Both the position numbers and the translations under genes were made by a program. Below are positions 1-7,653 of a DNA stretch of 64,000 nucleotides, piece by piece. This DNA is from a virus. The notes beneath the pieces were generated by a model that saw only the letters and a program-made list of their open reading frames with translations, searched no databases and was not told the DNA's origin. Where the stretch lies: IMG/VR virus record IMGVR_UViG_3300044529_000082, positions 1-64,000 of that record; one strand, given 5' to 3'. Within the stretch, counting starts at the first letter, position 1; every line of letters starts with the position of its first letter.

Positions 1-313
1 TCGGCTCGCGTCGCGAGGGTCGCGCGCCGGTCGATGCCCGCTGCGCGCCGCCCTAGCCCGCTGAGCGTTCGGTGATGCCGTCGCACCCCAGACGCTGCGC
101 CCCAGGACCCTGCGCCCAGAGCCGCGCGCCCCGGTCGGAGGGCCTCGGTAACGTTATAAAACCCTCCCCGGGGCGCCTGGGGGTTTTGGGCCGCCGCCGC
201 TCGCTTAGTGGCTGTATCGAGAGATAAAAAATTTTCCTCGCGGGAATTCGGTTTTTGCGCGCCCGCTTTTTGTGTTCCCTTTTCAGGGCCGTTTGTGGTA
301 ATATGGCCCTAGA

Positions 314-490
314 ATGAATTGCGAATTGATAGTGAAGTGGCCCGGTCCGACCGGAATCCCAGACGAGGACCGGGCCTTTCTGGACGCGGTGGAGGAAATG
401 GTGCGCAATGCACTGCTCGACCTGAACCGCGCGCTCCGCGATGCGAGCTGCCCGACCGGAAACTTTGTCATTGCGACCCATGCCAGCTAA
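314..490 (+). CDS. Small hypothetical protein (58 aa)
   Basis: Read by hand: ATG314, MNCELIVKWPGP...THAS*. It overlaps the start of the next gene and is preceded by TGGTAATAT (extended -10-like). Confidence 0.5.
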   Translation: MNCELIVKWPGPTGIPDEDRAFLDAVEEMVRNALLDLNRALRDASCPTGNFVIATHAS

Positions 491-881
491 ATACAAACCT
501 GGAATCTGCATCGACTTCGACGGCGTGATTCACAGCTACACCAGTCCCTGGTTGACGGCCACTGAAATCCCGGACCCTCCGGTGCCCGGCGCTTTTGAGG
601 CAATCGCGCGATACATCAACGCGGGTTTTCTCGTGCATATCCACTCTTGCCGGTGCAGCACCCGTCCCGCAATCCGCGCAATCCGCGCGTGGTTCCTGCG
701 CAACGGGGGAGAAGTTTTGCTGAGGCATCTGAAATTCGCGGAGCGCAAGCCGAAGGCGCTCCTGTATATCGACGACCGGGGTTTCCGGTTCGAGGGAGCT
801 TTTCCCACGCCGGAGGAAATCCTCGCGTTCAAACCTTGGAACAAGCGAGCGCAATCTGACAAATCCGGTAACTGTTCTTAG
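480..881 (+). CDS. HAD-superfamily phosphatase (polynucleotide 3'-phosphatase / 5'-nucleotidase-like)
   Basis: HAD motif I CIDFDGVIH, a (H)SCR motif II, and KPKA..YIDD motifs III/IV. Start placed at ATG480. Confidence 0.8.
   Translation: MPAKYKPGICIDFDGVIHSYTSPWLTATEIPDPPVPGAFEAIARYINAGFLVHIHSCRCSTRPAIRAIRAWFLRNGGEVLLRHLKFAERKPKALLYIDDRGFRFEGAFPTPEEILAFKPWNKRAQSDKSGNCS
868..876 (+). promoter_or_regulatory. GTAACTGTT late-promoter-like motif (copy 1)
   Basis: The exact 9-mer recurs upstream of + strand late units. ATG lies 7 nt downstream. Confidence 0.65.
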
Positions 882-993
882 GCATGATTTTCGTTGTTCT
901 TTGATAGTGTCGGTGCGCCGTCGCCCAGGTCGGCGCGTTACAAGTGCTGGGCCGGGCGCCGCGCACGAGAACGAAGGCGCCCAGAATTTTTCT

Positions 994-1029
994 TGCGGGT
1001 TTCGTTTGGCTCATAATCACCCGCAACCA
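994..1029 (+). ncRNA. tRNA-fMet-like minihelix (acceptor stem plus CAT anticodon loop, no D or T arms)
   Basis: TGCGGGT/ACCCGCA stem, internal CTCATAA loop, 3' A-CCA, followed by an ATTT trailer. Confidence 0.55.
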
Positions 1030-1030
1030 A

Positions 1031-1103
1031 TTTGCGATAGCTCAAATGACCAGAGCAGCGGAACGATAAACCGAAGACGGGGGTAGGATTCCCCAACGCG
1101 AAC
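1031..1103 (+). tRNA. Degenerate tRNA-Ile(GAT)-like cloverleaf
   Basis: Acceptor TTTGCG/CGCGAA, D arm GCTC..GAGC, anticodon arm CGG..(GAT)..CCG, T arm GGGG-TAGGATT-CCCC. It has several mismatches and non-canonical loop bases. Confidence 0.6.
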
Positions 1104-1107
1104 GACT

Positions 1108-1130
1108 GGGGCATCGTTACTGCTCCACCA
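1108..1130 (+). ncRNA. tRNA-Ala-like microhelix
   Basis: GGGGCA-TCGTTAC-TGCTCC-ACCA gives G1:C72, G2:C71, G3:U70, A73 and CCA. Confidence 0.55.
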
Positions 1131-1246
1131 ATTTTGAATCGGACATGTCGTCGTCGCCGGTTCAATGCGCAAACAGTCGCACCATGCCGAGCGGCCAACC
1201 CCGAGGCGATGCAAGTGCGAGCGGTGCAACTCCGAAGGGAACTACG

Positions 1247-1279
1247 GGGGAGCCTCCTTTACGGGGGCTCCCCTTTTTT
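1247..1279 (+). terminator. Rho-independent terminator
   Basis: GGGGAGCCTCC-TTTAC-GGGGGCTCCCC followed by T6. Confidence 0.9.
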
Positions 1280-1304
1280 CTCGTGGCATTTTTCTCGCAT
1301 GCAG

Positions 1305-1313
1305 GTAACTGTT
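1305..1313 (+). promoter_or_regulatory. GTAACTGTT motif (copy 2)
   Basis: Lies just after the terminator, with ATG 7 nt downstream. Confidence 0.65.
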
Positions 1314-1354
1314 CCTTTGCATGAGTATCGGACAGACAACCACAGTATAAAAAC

Positions 1355-2614
1355 ATGTCAATCGAACTTTTTCCGCTTAACGCGTCCGTCTCCGGTTCGA
1401 CGGTCTCTCTCACATTTTCTACACTAGTGCCGAGCTTCCCTCCGCTAGTTTCCTACACTATCCAGCGAAAGCTGTTTGGTCGAGGCGACGACTGGGCCGA
1501 CTTGGTCGCTGCCGTGGCGCCTAGCGCCCCTTCGGCAGTTTATACTGCTCTCGGCGCCGCGGCCACTAAAGCCGCGATAATTGCGGGGACCACCGTTACC
1601 GCGGCGAATCCTTCTACCCTCAGCGGAGATTTAGACCTTTCGCCCGGCAGCTCAGTAGTGGGCACTTTTGCATTTACCGGGGGCGGCGCGGAGCACGTGG
1701 ACGACTCTACGGCAGTCGCCGCGCAAAGCGGTCTCACCGCGGCTTACAATGTGCTGGCGGCAGCGGTCACTACCAACACTGTGTCGGGCGACATCGGCGG
1801 CCAGACTCTCACCGCCGGGGTATATAAATCCACTTCTACCCTCGACATTACCGGCACGCTGACGCTGGACGCCCAGGGCGACCCGAATGCAGTCTTCATT
1901 TTTCAGATTGGCTCGACCCTTACCACGGCCGCGGGTAACAGCACTATCTCCCTGGTGAACGGCGCGCTGGCTTCGAATGTGTTTTGGCAGGTCGGCAGTT
2001 CTGCGACGCTGGGAACCAACACCATTTTCAAGGGGTCCATTCTAGCTCTGACGTCAGTCACGGCTACGACTGGCGCCGCCATCGAGGGCAGGTTACTGGC
2101 GCGTAACGGCGCGGTTACTGTGGACGGCAATACTGTCACGGTGCCCGCAGTTGTGGTTCCGGCGCCCGCGGTCGCGGCCAACACGGATGCCCCCGGCGCA
2201 GGCACTTGGTCATATCGAGTGGCCGGGGTAATGGTTCAGGGTGGAGTGGATTATCAGGGAACGCGCATCTACAGCCAAGAAGTCAACGTAACCGTAGGCG
2301 AACAGGTCATAACGTTGGTGCTCGGCAGCGAGCCCGCGCTCAGGCAGCCTGGATACACCCACATTAAACTGGGCTGGTATCCGACTCCTCTTATCGAGGA
2401 CGTGGAGAAATATGAAATCCAGTTGTCTGTGAACAGCGGCCCGTATCGCCCAGTCGGCGAAACGGACGAATTCGAGAATCTCAACTGGGAGGAGTTCCTT
2501 GTGGACGGGCTCGGCACGCTCAATTTTAAGGTGGTTGCTTACGGTCCGTCTGCTACGCCGCCTTACAACGCTCCGGTTCTTGTCACCAGCAACATTGTCA
2601 CGGTCAGCATCTAA
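1355..2614 (+). CDS. DUF3494 ice-binding-domain protein with FN3-like flanks
   Basis: Hallmark DUF3494 segments GQTLTAGVYK, LTLDAQGDPNAVFIFQI, NVFWQVGSSATLG and FKGSILA...GRLLA. The flanks are FN3-like (YTIQRK...W, WSYRV, KYEIQ...FKVVAY). Confidence 0.88.
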   Translation: MSIELFPLNASVSGSTVSLTFSTLVPSFPPLVSYTIQRKLFGRGDDWADLVAAVAPSAPSAVYTALGAAATKAAIIAGTTVTAANPSTLSGDLDLSPGSSVVGTFAFTGGGAEHVDDSTAVAAQSGLTAAYNVLAAAVTTNTVSGDIGGQTLTAGVYKSTSTLDITGTLTLDAQGDPNAVFIFQIGSTLTTAAGNSTISLVNGALASNVFWQVGSSATLGTNTIFKGSILALTSVTATTGAAIEGRLLARNGAVTVDGNTVTVPAVVVPAPAVAANTDAPGAGTWSYRVAGVMVQGGVDYQGTRIYSQEVNVTVGEQVITLVLGSEPALRQPGYTHIKLGWYPTPLIEDVEKYEIQLSVNSGPYRPVGETDEFENLNWEEFLVDGLGTLNFKVVAYGPSATPPYNAPVLVTSNIVTVSI

Positions 2615-2620
2615 TTGAAT

Positions 2621-2899
2621 ATGTCAACCGCTCTTTCAACCAGCGACGTGCAACAGATTCAGGCCGCCGCGAACTATCTCCTCACAGCCCTGGCATATGA
2701 AACCCCGGACCATCCGGATTTCGTCCAGCGGCTGGAACCGGTCGCAGTCTCCTGCGGCTTCTCTCCGAACGTGGGCCGGTTTCGCGAAAGCATGAAACTG
2801 AAGCCCGCTTCGACGATGGCGCTTTTCCTGGCGTATCTCGGCGGTATCGCAGCCGCGCAGAGCAATACCCAGGCAGTCGCCACTCTCCCGGTGCCATAA
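2621..2899 (+). CDS. Hypothetical protein
   Basis: ORF directly follows the previous gene and is followed by a terminator. Confidence 0.6.
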   Translation: MSTALSTSDVQQIQAAANYLLTALAYETPDHPDFVQRLEPVAVSCGFSPNVGRFRESMKLKPASTMALFLAYLGGIAAAQSNTQAVATLPVP

Positions 2900-2920
2900 G
2901 GGCGCCCGATACTCAGCATA

Positions 2921-2957
2921 AGCGGCGCTGAAATCGTTCAGCGCCGCTTTACTTTTT
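2921..2957 (+). terminator. Rho-independent terminator
   Basis: AGCGGCGCTGA...TCAGCGCCGCT followed by a T-rich tract. Confidence 0.8.
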
Positions 2958-2977
2958 GGGAGATGCTGTGTTATTGT
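2948..2977 (+). promoter_or_regulatory. Putative sigma70-type promoter giving a leaderless transcript
   Basis: TTTACT-N18-TATTGT with an extended TG. ATG2984 is 6 nt downstream. Confidence 0.45.
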
Positions 2978-2983
2978 TGAGGC

Positions 2984-3253
2984 ATGAAACAGAAGATTTG
3001 GTTTAGCCCGGGAGTCCGGATGGCCGCTGAAGGCTCGGCCCGAGGATTTTCGATTGATATGGATGCCGCGTGGGACCTGACCGCGGGCGCCGCGAAAGCC
3101 GTCGTCAAGGCGGTCGCCGCCGTTGTTGTCTGCGGGCTCTGCTTCGTATTCCTTTGGATGCTGCTCGGCGCGATTATCGGCCCCGCGACCGGCGGGAGCG
3201 TAGGCGCAGGTTTTGTTCTGCTCAGCATGCTTGGGGTTTTTCGCCGCCGATGA
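2984..3253 (+). CDS. Small membrane protein (2 predicted TM segments)
   Basis: Two hydrophobic stretches and a C-terminal RRR. ATGA-coupled to the recombinase gene. Confidence 0.65.
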   Translation: MKQKIWFSPGVRMAAEGSARGFSIDMDAAWDLTAGAAKAVVKAVAAVVVCGLCFVFLWMLLGAIIGPATGGSVGAGFVLLSMLGVFRRR

Positions 3254-3921
3254 AAGCTTTTCCCTACCTCAGAGTTTCCGGCAAGACGCAAGTAGAGGGC
3301 GACGGTCCGGAGCGCCAGCTCGAAAAGATTCGCACCTTTTGCATTCGGCACGACCTGCCGGAGTCGGTCGAGCGAACATTCGATGCTGGCGTCTCCGGGA
3401 CGATTGACGGTTTAGACAGACCCGCGCTAGCAGAGCTGATGACTAAAATGCAGCCCGGCGACGCAATCGTTGTTGAGCGCATGGACCGGCTCGCGCGCGA
3501 TTTGCTAGTGCAGGAACTTCTGTTAGCGGAATGCCGCAAGCGGAATTTTCTCGTCTATGCCGCGGACAATGAACTGGCGGACATGGCCAGCAATGAAGGA
3601 GACCCTACGCGGGTGCTGATTCGCCAGATTCTTGGCGCGGTCGCGCAGTGGGAGAAATCGGTCATTGTGGCCAAATTGAAGGCGGGCGCAGACAAGAAGC
3701 GGCGCGAGACCGGCCGGTGCGGCGGAGTGGCTCCCTATGGAGAACTGCCGGGCGAGAAGGAGATTCTGGCGTATCTTATCGAGCAGCATCGGATAGGGGA
3801 GTCTCTGGCCAGCATTGCTGCATCGGCCAATATCATCGGATTTTTGACACGGTCGGGTAAACATTGGTCAAAGCAGCGAGTGCATAATGCAGTCGCTAGA
3901 CACACTGGAGCAAAACTATGA
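3250..3921 (+). CDS. Serine recombinase (resolvase catalytic domain plus short recombinase-type DNA-binding domain)
   Basis: YLRVS catalytic Ser, DAGVSG, RPAL, VERMDRLAR, and a C-terminal SLASIA...TRSGKHWS segment. Confidence 0.9.
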   Translation: MKAFPYLRVSGKTQVEGDGPERQLEKIRTFCIRHDLPESVERTFDAGVSGTIDGLDRPALAELMTKMQPGDAIVVERMDRLARDLLVQELLLAECRKRNFLVYAADNELADMASNEGDPTRVLIRQILGAVAQWEKSVIVAKLKAGADKKRRETGRCGGVAPYGELPGEKEILAYLIEQHRIGESLASIAASANIIGFLTRSGKHWSKQRVHNAVARHTGAKL

Positions 3922-4094
3922 GAGGCAACACAGCACAACATTGGGAAAGAACGGTGACGGTCGAGCAGGCGCAGCGCGCGCACAAAGAAGAGTGCGAACG
4001 GCGGCTCGCGAAAGCGATGAACACTCCGAAGGAAAAAGTCAACACGCCCTGGCCTGAGGACCTCGCGGAAAAGGCGCCGGTTCAGCGCGGCTAA
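3918..4094 (+). CDS. Small hypothetical protein (58 aa)
   Basis: ATGA overlap with the recombinase stop; read by hand. Confidence 0.45.
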   Translation: MRGNTAQHWERTVTVEQAQRAHKEECERRLAKAMNTPKEKVNTPWPEDLAEKAPVQRG

Positions 4095-4131
4095 TAACTT
4101 TGCGCCAAGCTGGATTTTGAGCGGCCCCCGG

Positions 4132-4140
4132 GTAACTATT
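4132..4140 (+). promoter_or_regulatory. GTAACTATT motif variant
   Basis: ATG4147 is 6 nt downstream. Confidence 0.55.
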
Positions 4141-4146
4141 GGGCGC

Positions 4147-4278
4147 ATGATAACCATCGTCGTCTCAGTAGTCGCCTTCGCAGGCGGGGCAGTGTTCAGT
4201 TACCTTTCCCTCCGGGCCAACGCCCAGAAGAAAGCGGCTCTGGACGCCGCGGTCGCTAAAGCGGCTACCAAGCTCTAA
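4147..4278 (+). CDS. Small membrane protein (43 aa), monocistronic
   Basis: MITIVVSVVAFAGGAVFSYLSLRANAQKK..., bracketed by the motif and a terminator. Confidence 0.6.
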   Translation: MITIVVSVVAFAGGAVFSYLSLRANAQKKAALDAAVAKAATKL

Positions 4279-4284
4279 AACCAC

Positions 4285-4314
4285 CCGGCCACCTTCGGGG
4301 GCCGGTCTTTTTTA
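4285..4314 (+). terminator. Rho-independent terminator
   Basis: CCGGCC..TTCG..GGCCGG followed by a T-tract. Confidence 0.75.
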
Positions 4315-4335
4315 CTGACGCATACGCCTAAACGG

Positions 4336-4344
4336 GTAACTGTT
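4336..4344 (+). promoter_or_regulatory. GTAACTGTT motif
   Basis: ATG4352 is 7 nt downstream. Confidence 0.7.
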
Positions 4345-4351
4345 TAGGTGT

Positions 4352-4684
4352 ATGCAAGTTTTTGCTTTTTACGACCCGGCGGACCCGCACCCGCTAACGC
4401 GGCTCTGGATTAAGTCTTGGGCCGCCCGGGGCTGGGTGCCAAGGCTGATTCTGCCATCCGATACGGAGCGGCTGACGCTCAGGCAAGCGGCGAACCGGCT
4501 AGGCGGCGGACTTCTGGTTACCGCTGCGACGATAAATTTCTCGCGCGGTCCCAGAAAGAAGCACTTCAAAACTACAAAGGCGCCGGACGTTACCGGCGAC
4601 GTGGTAATTTTTGAGCGCGGCCCGCTAGGGATAGAGAAGACGGAGGAAGACGTATTGCATTGCGGCAGGACCCTCGAATGCTGA
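4352..4684 (+). CDS. Hypothetical protein, possibly a glycosyltransferase-like fragment
   Basis: LWIKSWAARGWVPRLI resembles the N-terminus of phage GT-A-like proteins. Confidence 0.5.
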   Translation: MQVFAFYDPADPHPLTRLWIKSWAARGWVPRLILPSDTERLTLRQAANRLGGGLLVTAATINFSRGPRKKHFKTTKAPDVTGDVVIFERGPLGIEKTEEDVLHCGRTLEC

Positions 4685-7653
4685 CCCAGGCCACAAAGGA
4701 TTTAGTTGCGGAGTGCGCGCCTCTACTACATGAACGGAGGCGCGGCGCAGTAGCGCAGCGGCTTATTGCGTTCTATCAGATTAAGGGAATGCGGGTCGGT
4801 GGAAAGGATAGCGACAAGAAAACGCTGCCCATTATTACGGCCTTCCTTCACAATCTCATGGAGCAAGGGACCGAGGGAATGACCGCCGCGGCCCAGCTTC
4901 TATGGACCCCCACGCTTTTCACCCCGAAACCTCAATCTGTTATCGAAGTTTGGCAGCTTTTTGATTCGGCGGACCGCGGCCTTATCATGGGGGCTGCACG
5001 GTTGGGCAAATGTCTTCACCCAGATACGCTTTGCCGCAAATTTGACGGCACAGAAATTCGGGCTGGGGACGTAAAAGTAGGAGATTTGTTGGCCGGAGAT
5101 GACGGCACCCCACGCAAGGTGCTAGGGACCGTTGCGGGTCGGGAACAGTTATTCAGAGTATCGCCGCATAACTGTCCGGACTTTTTGTGCACTGGAGACC
5201 ACATTCTTTCGCTGATGTGCACGCATAAAAAGCCAAATAACGGAGGGAAGTCTTACAGTTCACAATACGCTCCGGGCAAAATTATTGACGTTTCTGTTAA
5301 GGAGTATCTTCAGTGGTCCGCTACACGTAGGCGGCATTACGCGCTGTTTATGCGCGGCTTTGAAAGACCCGAGGCGAGGCTTAGAGTTGACCCTTACATT
5401 TATGGTTCTTGGCTGGGAGACGGAACCTCGTGCAGATGCGAGCTGACTTCGCCAGACGGCCCGATGATGAATTCTTGGGTGAACTACTGGGGCGGCCTAG
5501 GATTTCGTGTGGTGGAAACGGATAAGCCGATAACTAAAAGCGTTCGGGGTCAATCGCCGGGAGACCACATCTGGCCTAATGCTTGGGTTAGGCGAAGTAT
5601 TTTCGGTAGAGAAAAGCGCATACGGTATAAATATCAAATGGCTTCGACGCGCCAACGGCTGGAGCTTTTGGCGGGAATTATCGATGCTGACGGAACCTCG
5701 ACCGGTTCTTCCTATAACGTGGTGTCAAAGTGGAAAACTTTAGCAGACGATATTGAAAAGCTGGCTCGCGGACTGGGGTTTGAAGTTCACCGGCACGCGC
5801 GCAAACATGGAATTAAGTCCAGCGGCTTTTCAGCGACTTATTACCATATCACTATTCAGGGAGACTGTGCTCGGATTCCGACTCGCGAAAAACGAGTCAC
5901 AAGTCCTCCAGACCGAACCGTTGACGGAATTCGCGCCACGCGGTTTGTGGTTGCCCCCGATGCGGTTCAAGACTATGCAGGCTTCACACTAGACGGAAAT
6001 CATCGGTTTCTATTGGCTTCTGGAATTGTCACACATAATAGCTTTTCTATGGGTGTGCGCCTTTTCTTGGAATGGGTGCGGGACCCCGAATATACAACGG
6101 TCCGGGTGCTCGGACCTAGCGAGGACCATCTTGAACAAAATCTTTTTTCTCACCTTGTCGGACTTCACAAAAACGCATCGCTGCCGATGCCGGGCGAAGT
6201 CGGCGAGCTTTTCATTGGACTTAACCGGCGTGAACAGATGTCTTCTATCAAAGGCATTGTTATCCCGAAAGGGAATTCCAAAAAGGCCGGGCGGCTGCAA
6301 GGAGGACACCGGCGGCCCAGGACGAAGCCGCACCCACGATTTGGAAATCTCTCGCGCATGTTCATCTTTCTCGACGAAATTGAAAATATACCTAACGGTG
6401 TGTGGCTTGATATTGATAACGTCCTCTCCGAAATTGAAAAGGGCTCCCAAGGGTTCAAAGTGTTCGGCGCGTACAACCCCACAAATCCGTATGACGAGGT
6501 CGGCAAACGAGCTGAACCCCCGTTTGGATGGGGAAACCTGGATGCCGATACCCACTTTCGATGGAAATCAGTTCGTGGTTGGGACACTCTCCGACTTGAT
6601 GGCGAACGCTGTGAAAATGTGGTGCAAGGAAAGATTGTCTTCCCTGGACTGCAAACACGTGATGGCTTAGAGGCAATCGCGCAGGGAGCTGGCGGCCGGA
6701 ATTCCCCGGGCTACATGACGATGGGCCGCGGCATGTATCCCCCGGTCGGGCTCGCTGCTACCGTTGTTCCCGCTGGCATGATACCGAAGTGGCGCGGCGA
6801 ATTCGTTTGGTATGACCCGCCGCAGCCAGTGGTCGGCGTTGACTTGGCTTTTGAGGGCGGCGACTCCGCGATTTACACCCTGGGGAAGTGGGGCAAGGCG
6901 AGCGGCGCGAAATTTCCGCCCAGCCTGGAGCACCCGAACGGGGTAACGATTATGTTCAAGGACCGCAGCGGACAAGTCACTCCTCGCTGGGGCCTTGAAG
7001 CGACGCAGCAATTTGTCCTCCCGAAAGGGGACACGGTCGCGATGAAAAATAACATCATCGAATTCAATCGAAAGGCCGGAGTCCGACCGGAGTTTTTCGC
7101 GTGCGACCGGACCGGACACGGCTCTGGCGTAGCGGACTTGCTGCGCTACGAATGGTCCACCGCGATTTGGGACGTGAACTATACCGAGAGCGCCGGTGAC
7201 GAGAAGCTGATGGTGGAGGACACGAAAGTTTGCAAAGAAATGTATGAACGAATGTATTCCGTCCTCTGGTTTGCCCTCCGACAGTGGGGAGAATTTGGAT
7301 ACCTCCTGCTTAATCCTGCTCTCGACATGTCAAAGCTTACTCAGCAAATTACGCAGCGTGAAACCCGAACGATTAACGGTCGTTCAAAGGTCGAATCTAA
7401 AACGGACTATAAATCTCGCGGGTTCGGTTCTCCAGATGATGCAGACTCGCTTACACTCCTTGTACACGCTGCCCGAAAAGGAAGCGGCCTTTCATTGTCT
7501 CGTAGAGGAGAAAACCCTGATGTTCCTGGCGGCTCGCCTTTCGACGACTGGCCCGGCGAGGACTACGCAGGGGGCGTGAGAATTGACCCCACGAACCGGA
7601 GCGATTTTCTCGACGAGCGGATGCAGCCCGATTATGGAATGGCGATTTTATGA
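4678..7653 (+). CDS. terL: Terminase large subunit containing an intein
   Basis: Walker A GAARLGK/S, Walker B FIFLDE, coupling motif AYNP, nuclease GVDLA...DRTGHG...SPDDADS. Located upstream of the portal. Confidence 0.9.
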   Translation: MLTQATKDLVAECAPLLHERRRGAVAQRLIAFYQIKGMRVGGKDSDKKTLPIITAFLHNLMEQGTEGMTAAAQLLWTPTLFTPKPQSVIEVWQLFDSADRGLIMGAARLGKCLHPDTLCRKFDGTEIRAGDVKVGDLLAGDDGTPRKVLGTVAGREQLFRVSPHNCPDFLCTGDHILSLMCTHKKPNNGGKSYSSQYAPGKIIDVSVKEYLQWSATRRRHYALFMRGFERPEARLRVDPYIYGSWLGDGTSCRCELTSPDGPMMNSWVNYWGGLGFRVVETDKPITKSVRGQSPGDHIWPNAWVRRSIFGREKRIRYKYQMASTRQRLELLAGIIDADGTSTGSSYNVVSKWKTLADDIEKLARGLGFEVHRHARKHGIKSSGFSATYYHITIQGDCARIPTREKRVTSPPDRTVDGIRATRFVVAPDAVQDYAGFTLDGNHRFLLASGIVTHNSFSMGVRLFLEWVRDPEYTTVRVLGPSEDHLEQNLFSHLVGLHKNASLPMPGEVGELFIGLNRREQMSSIKGIVIPKGNSKKAGRLQGGHRRPRTKPHPRFGNLSRMFIFLDEIENIPNGVWLDIDNVLSEIEKGSQGFKVFGAYNPTNPYDEVGKRAEPPFGWGNLDADTHFRWKSVRGWDTLRLDGERCENVVQGKIVFPGLQTRDGLEAIAQGAGGRNSPGYMTMGRGMYPPVGLAATVVPAGMIPKWRGEFVWYDPPQPVVGVDLAFEGGDSAIYTLGKWGKASGAKFPPSLEHPNGVTIMFKDRSGQVTPRWGLEATQQFVLPKGDTVAMKNNIIEFNRKAGVRPEFFACDRTGHGSGVADLLRYEWSTAIWDVNYTESAGDEKLMVEDTKVCKEMYERMYSVLWFALRQWGEFGYLLLNPALDMSKLTQQITQRETRTINGRSKVESKTDYKSRGFGSPDDADSLTLLVHAARKGSGLSLSRRGENPDVPGGSPFDDWPGEDYAGGVRIDPTNRSDFLDERMQPDYGMAIL
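5011..6039 (+). mobile_element. Intein (343 aa) with LAGLIDADG homing endonuclease
   Basis: Starts K|CLHPDT and ends VTHN|S. Contains GSWLGDG and LLAGIIDADG motifs. Confidence 0.93.

Noticed and set aside
1108-1130. tmRNA (GGGGC...TCCACCA ends)
   Set aside because: Only 7 nt separate the two strands, with no tag ORF or T arm, and the order does not fit a permuted tmRNA. Kept as a microhelix.
901-1427. Short ORFs across the RNA unit
   Set aside because: No protein-like composition or coupling; the region is better explained by RNA structure and a terminator.
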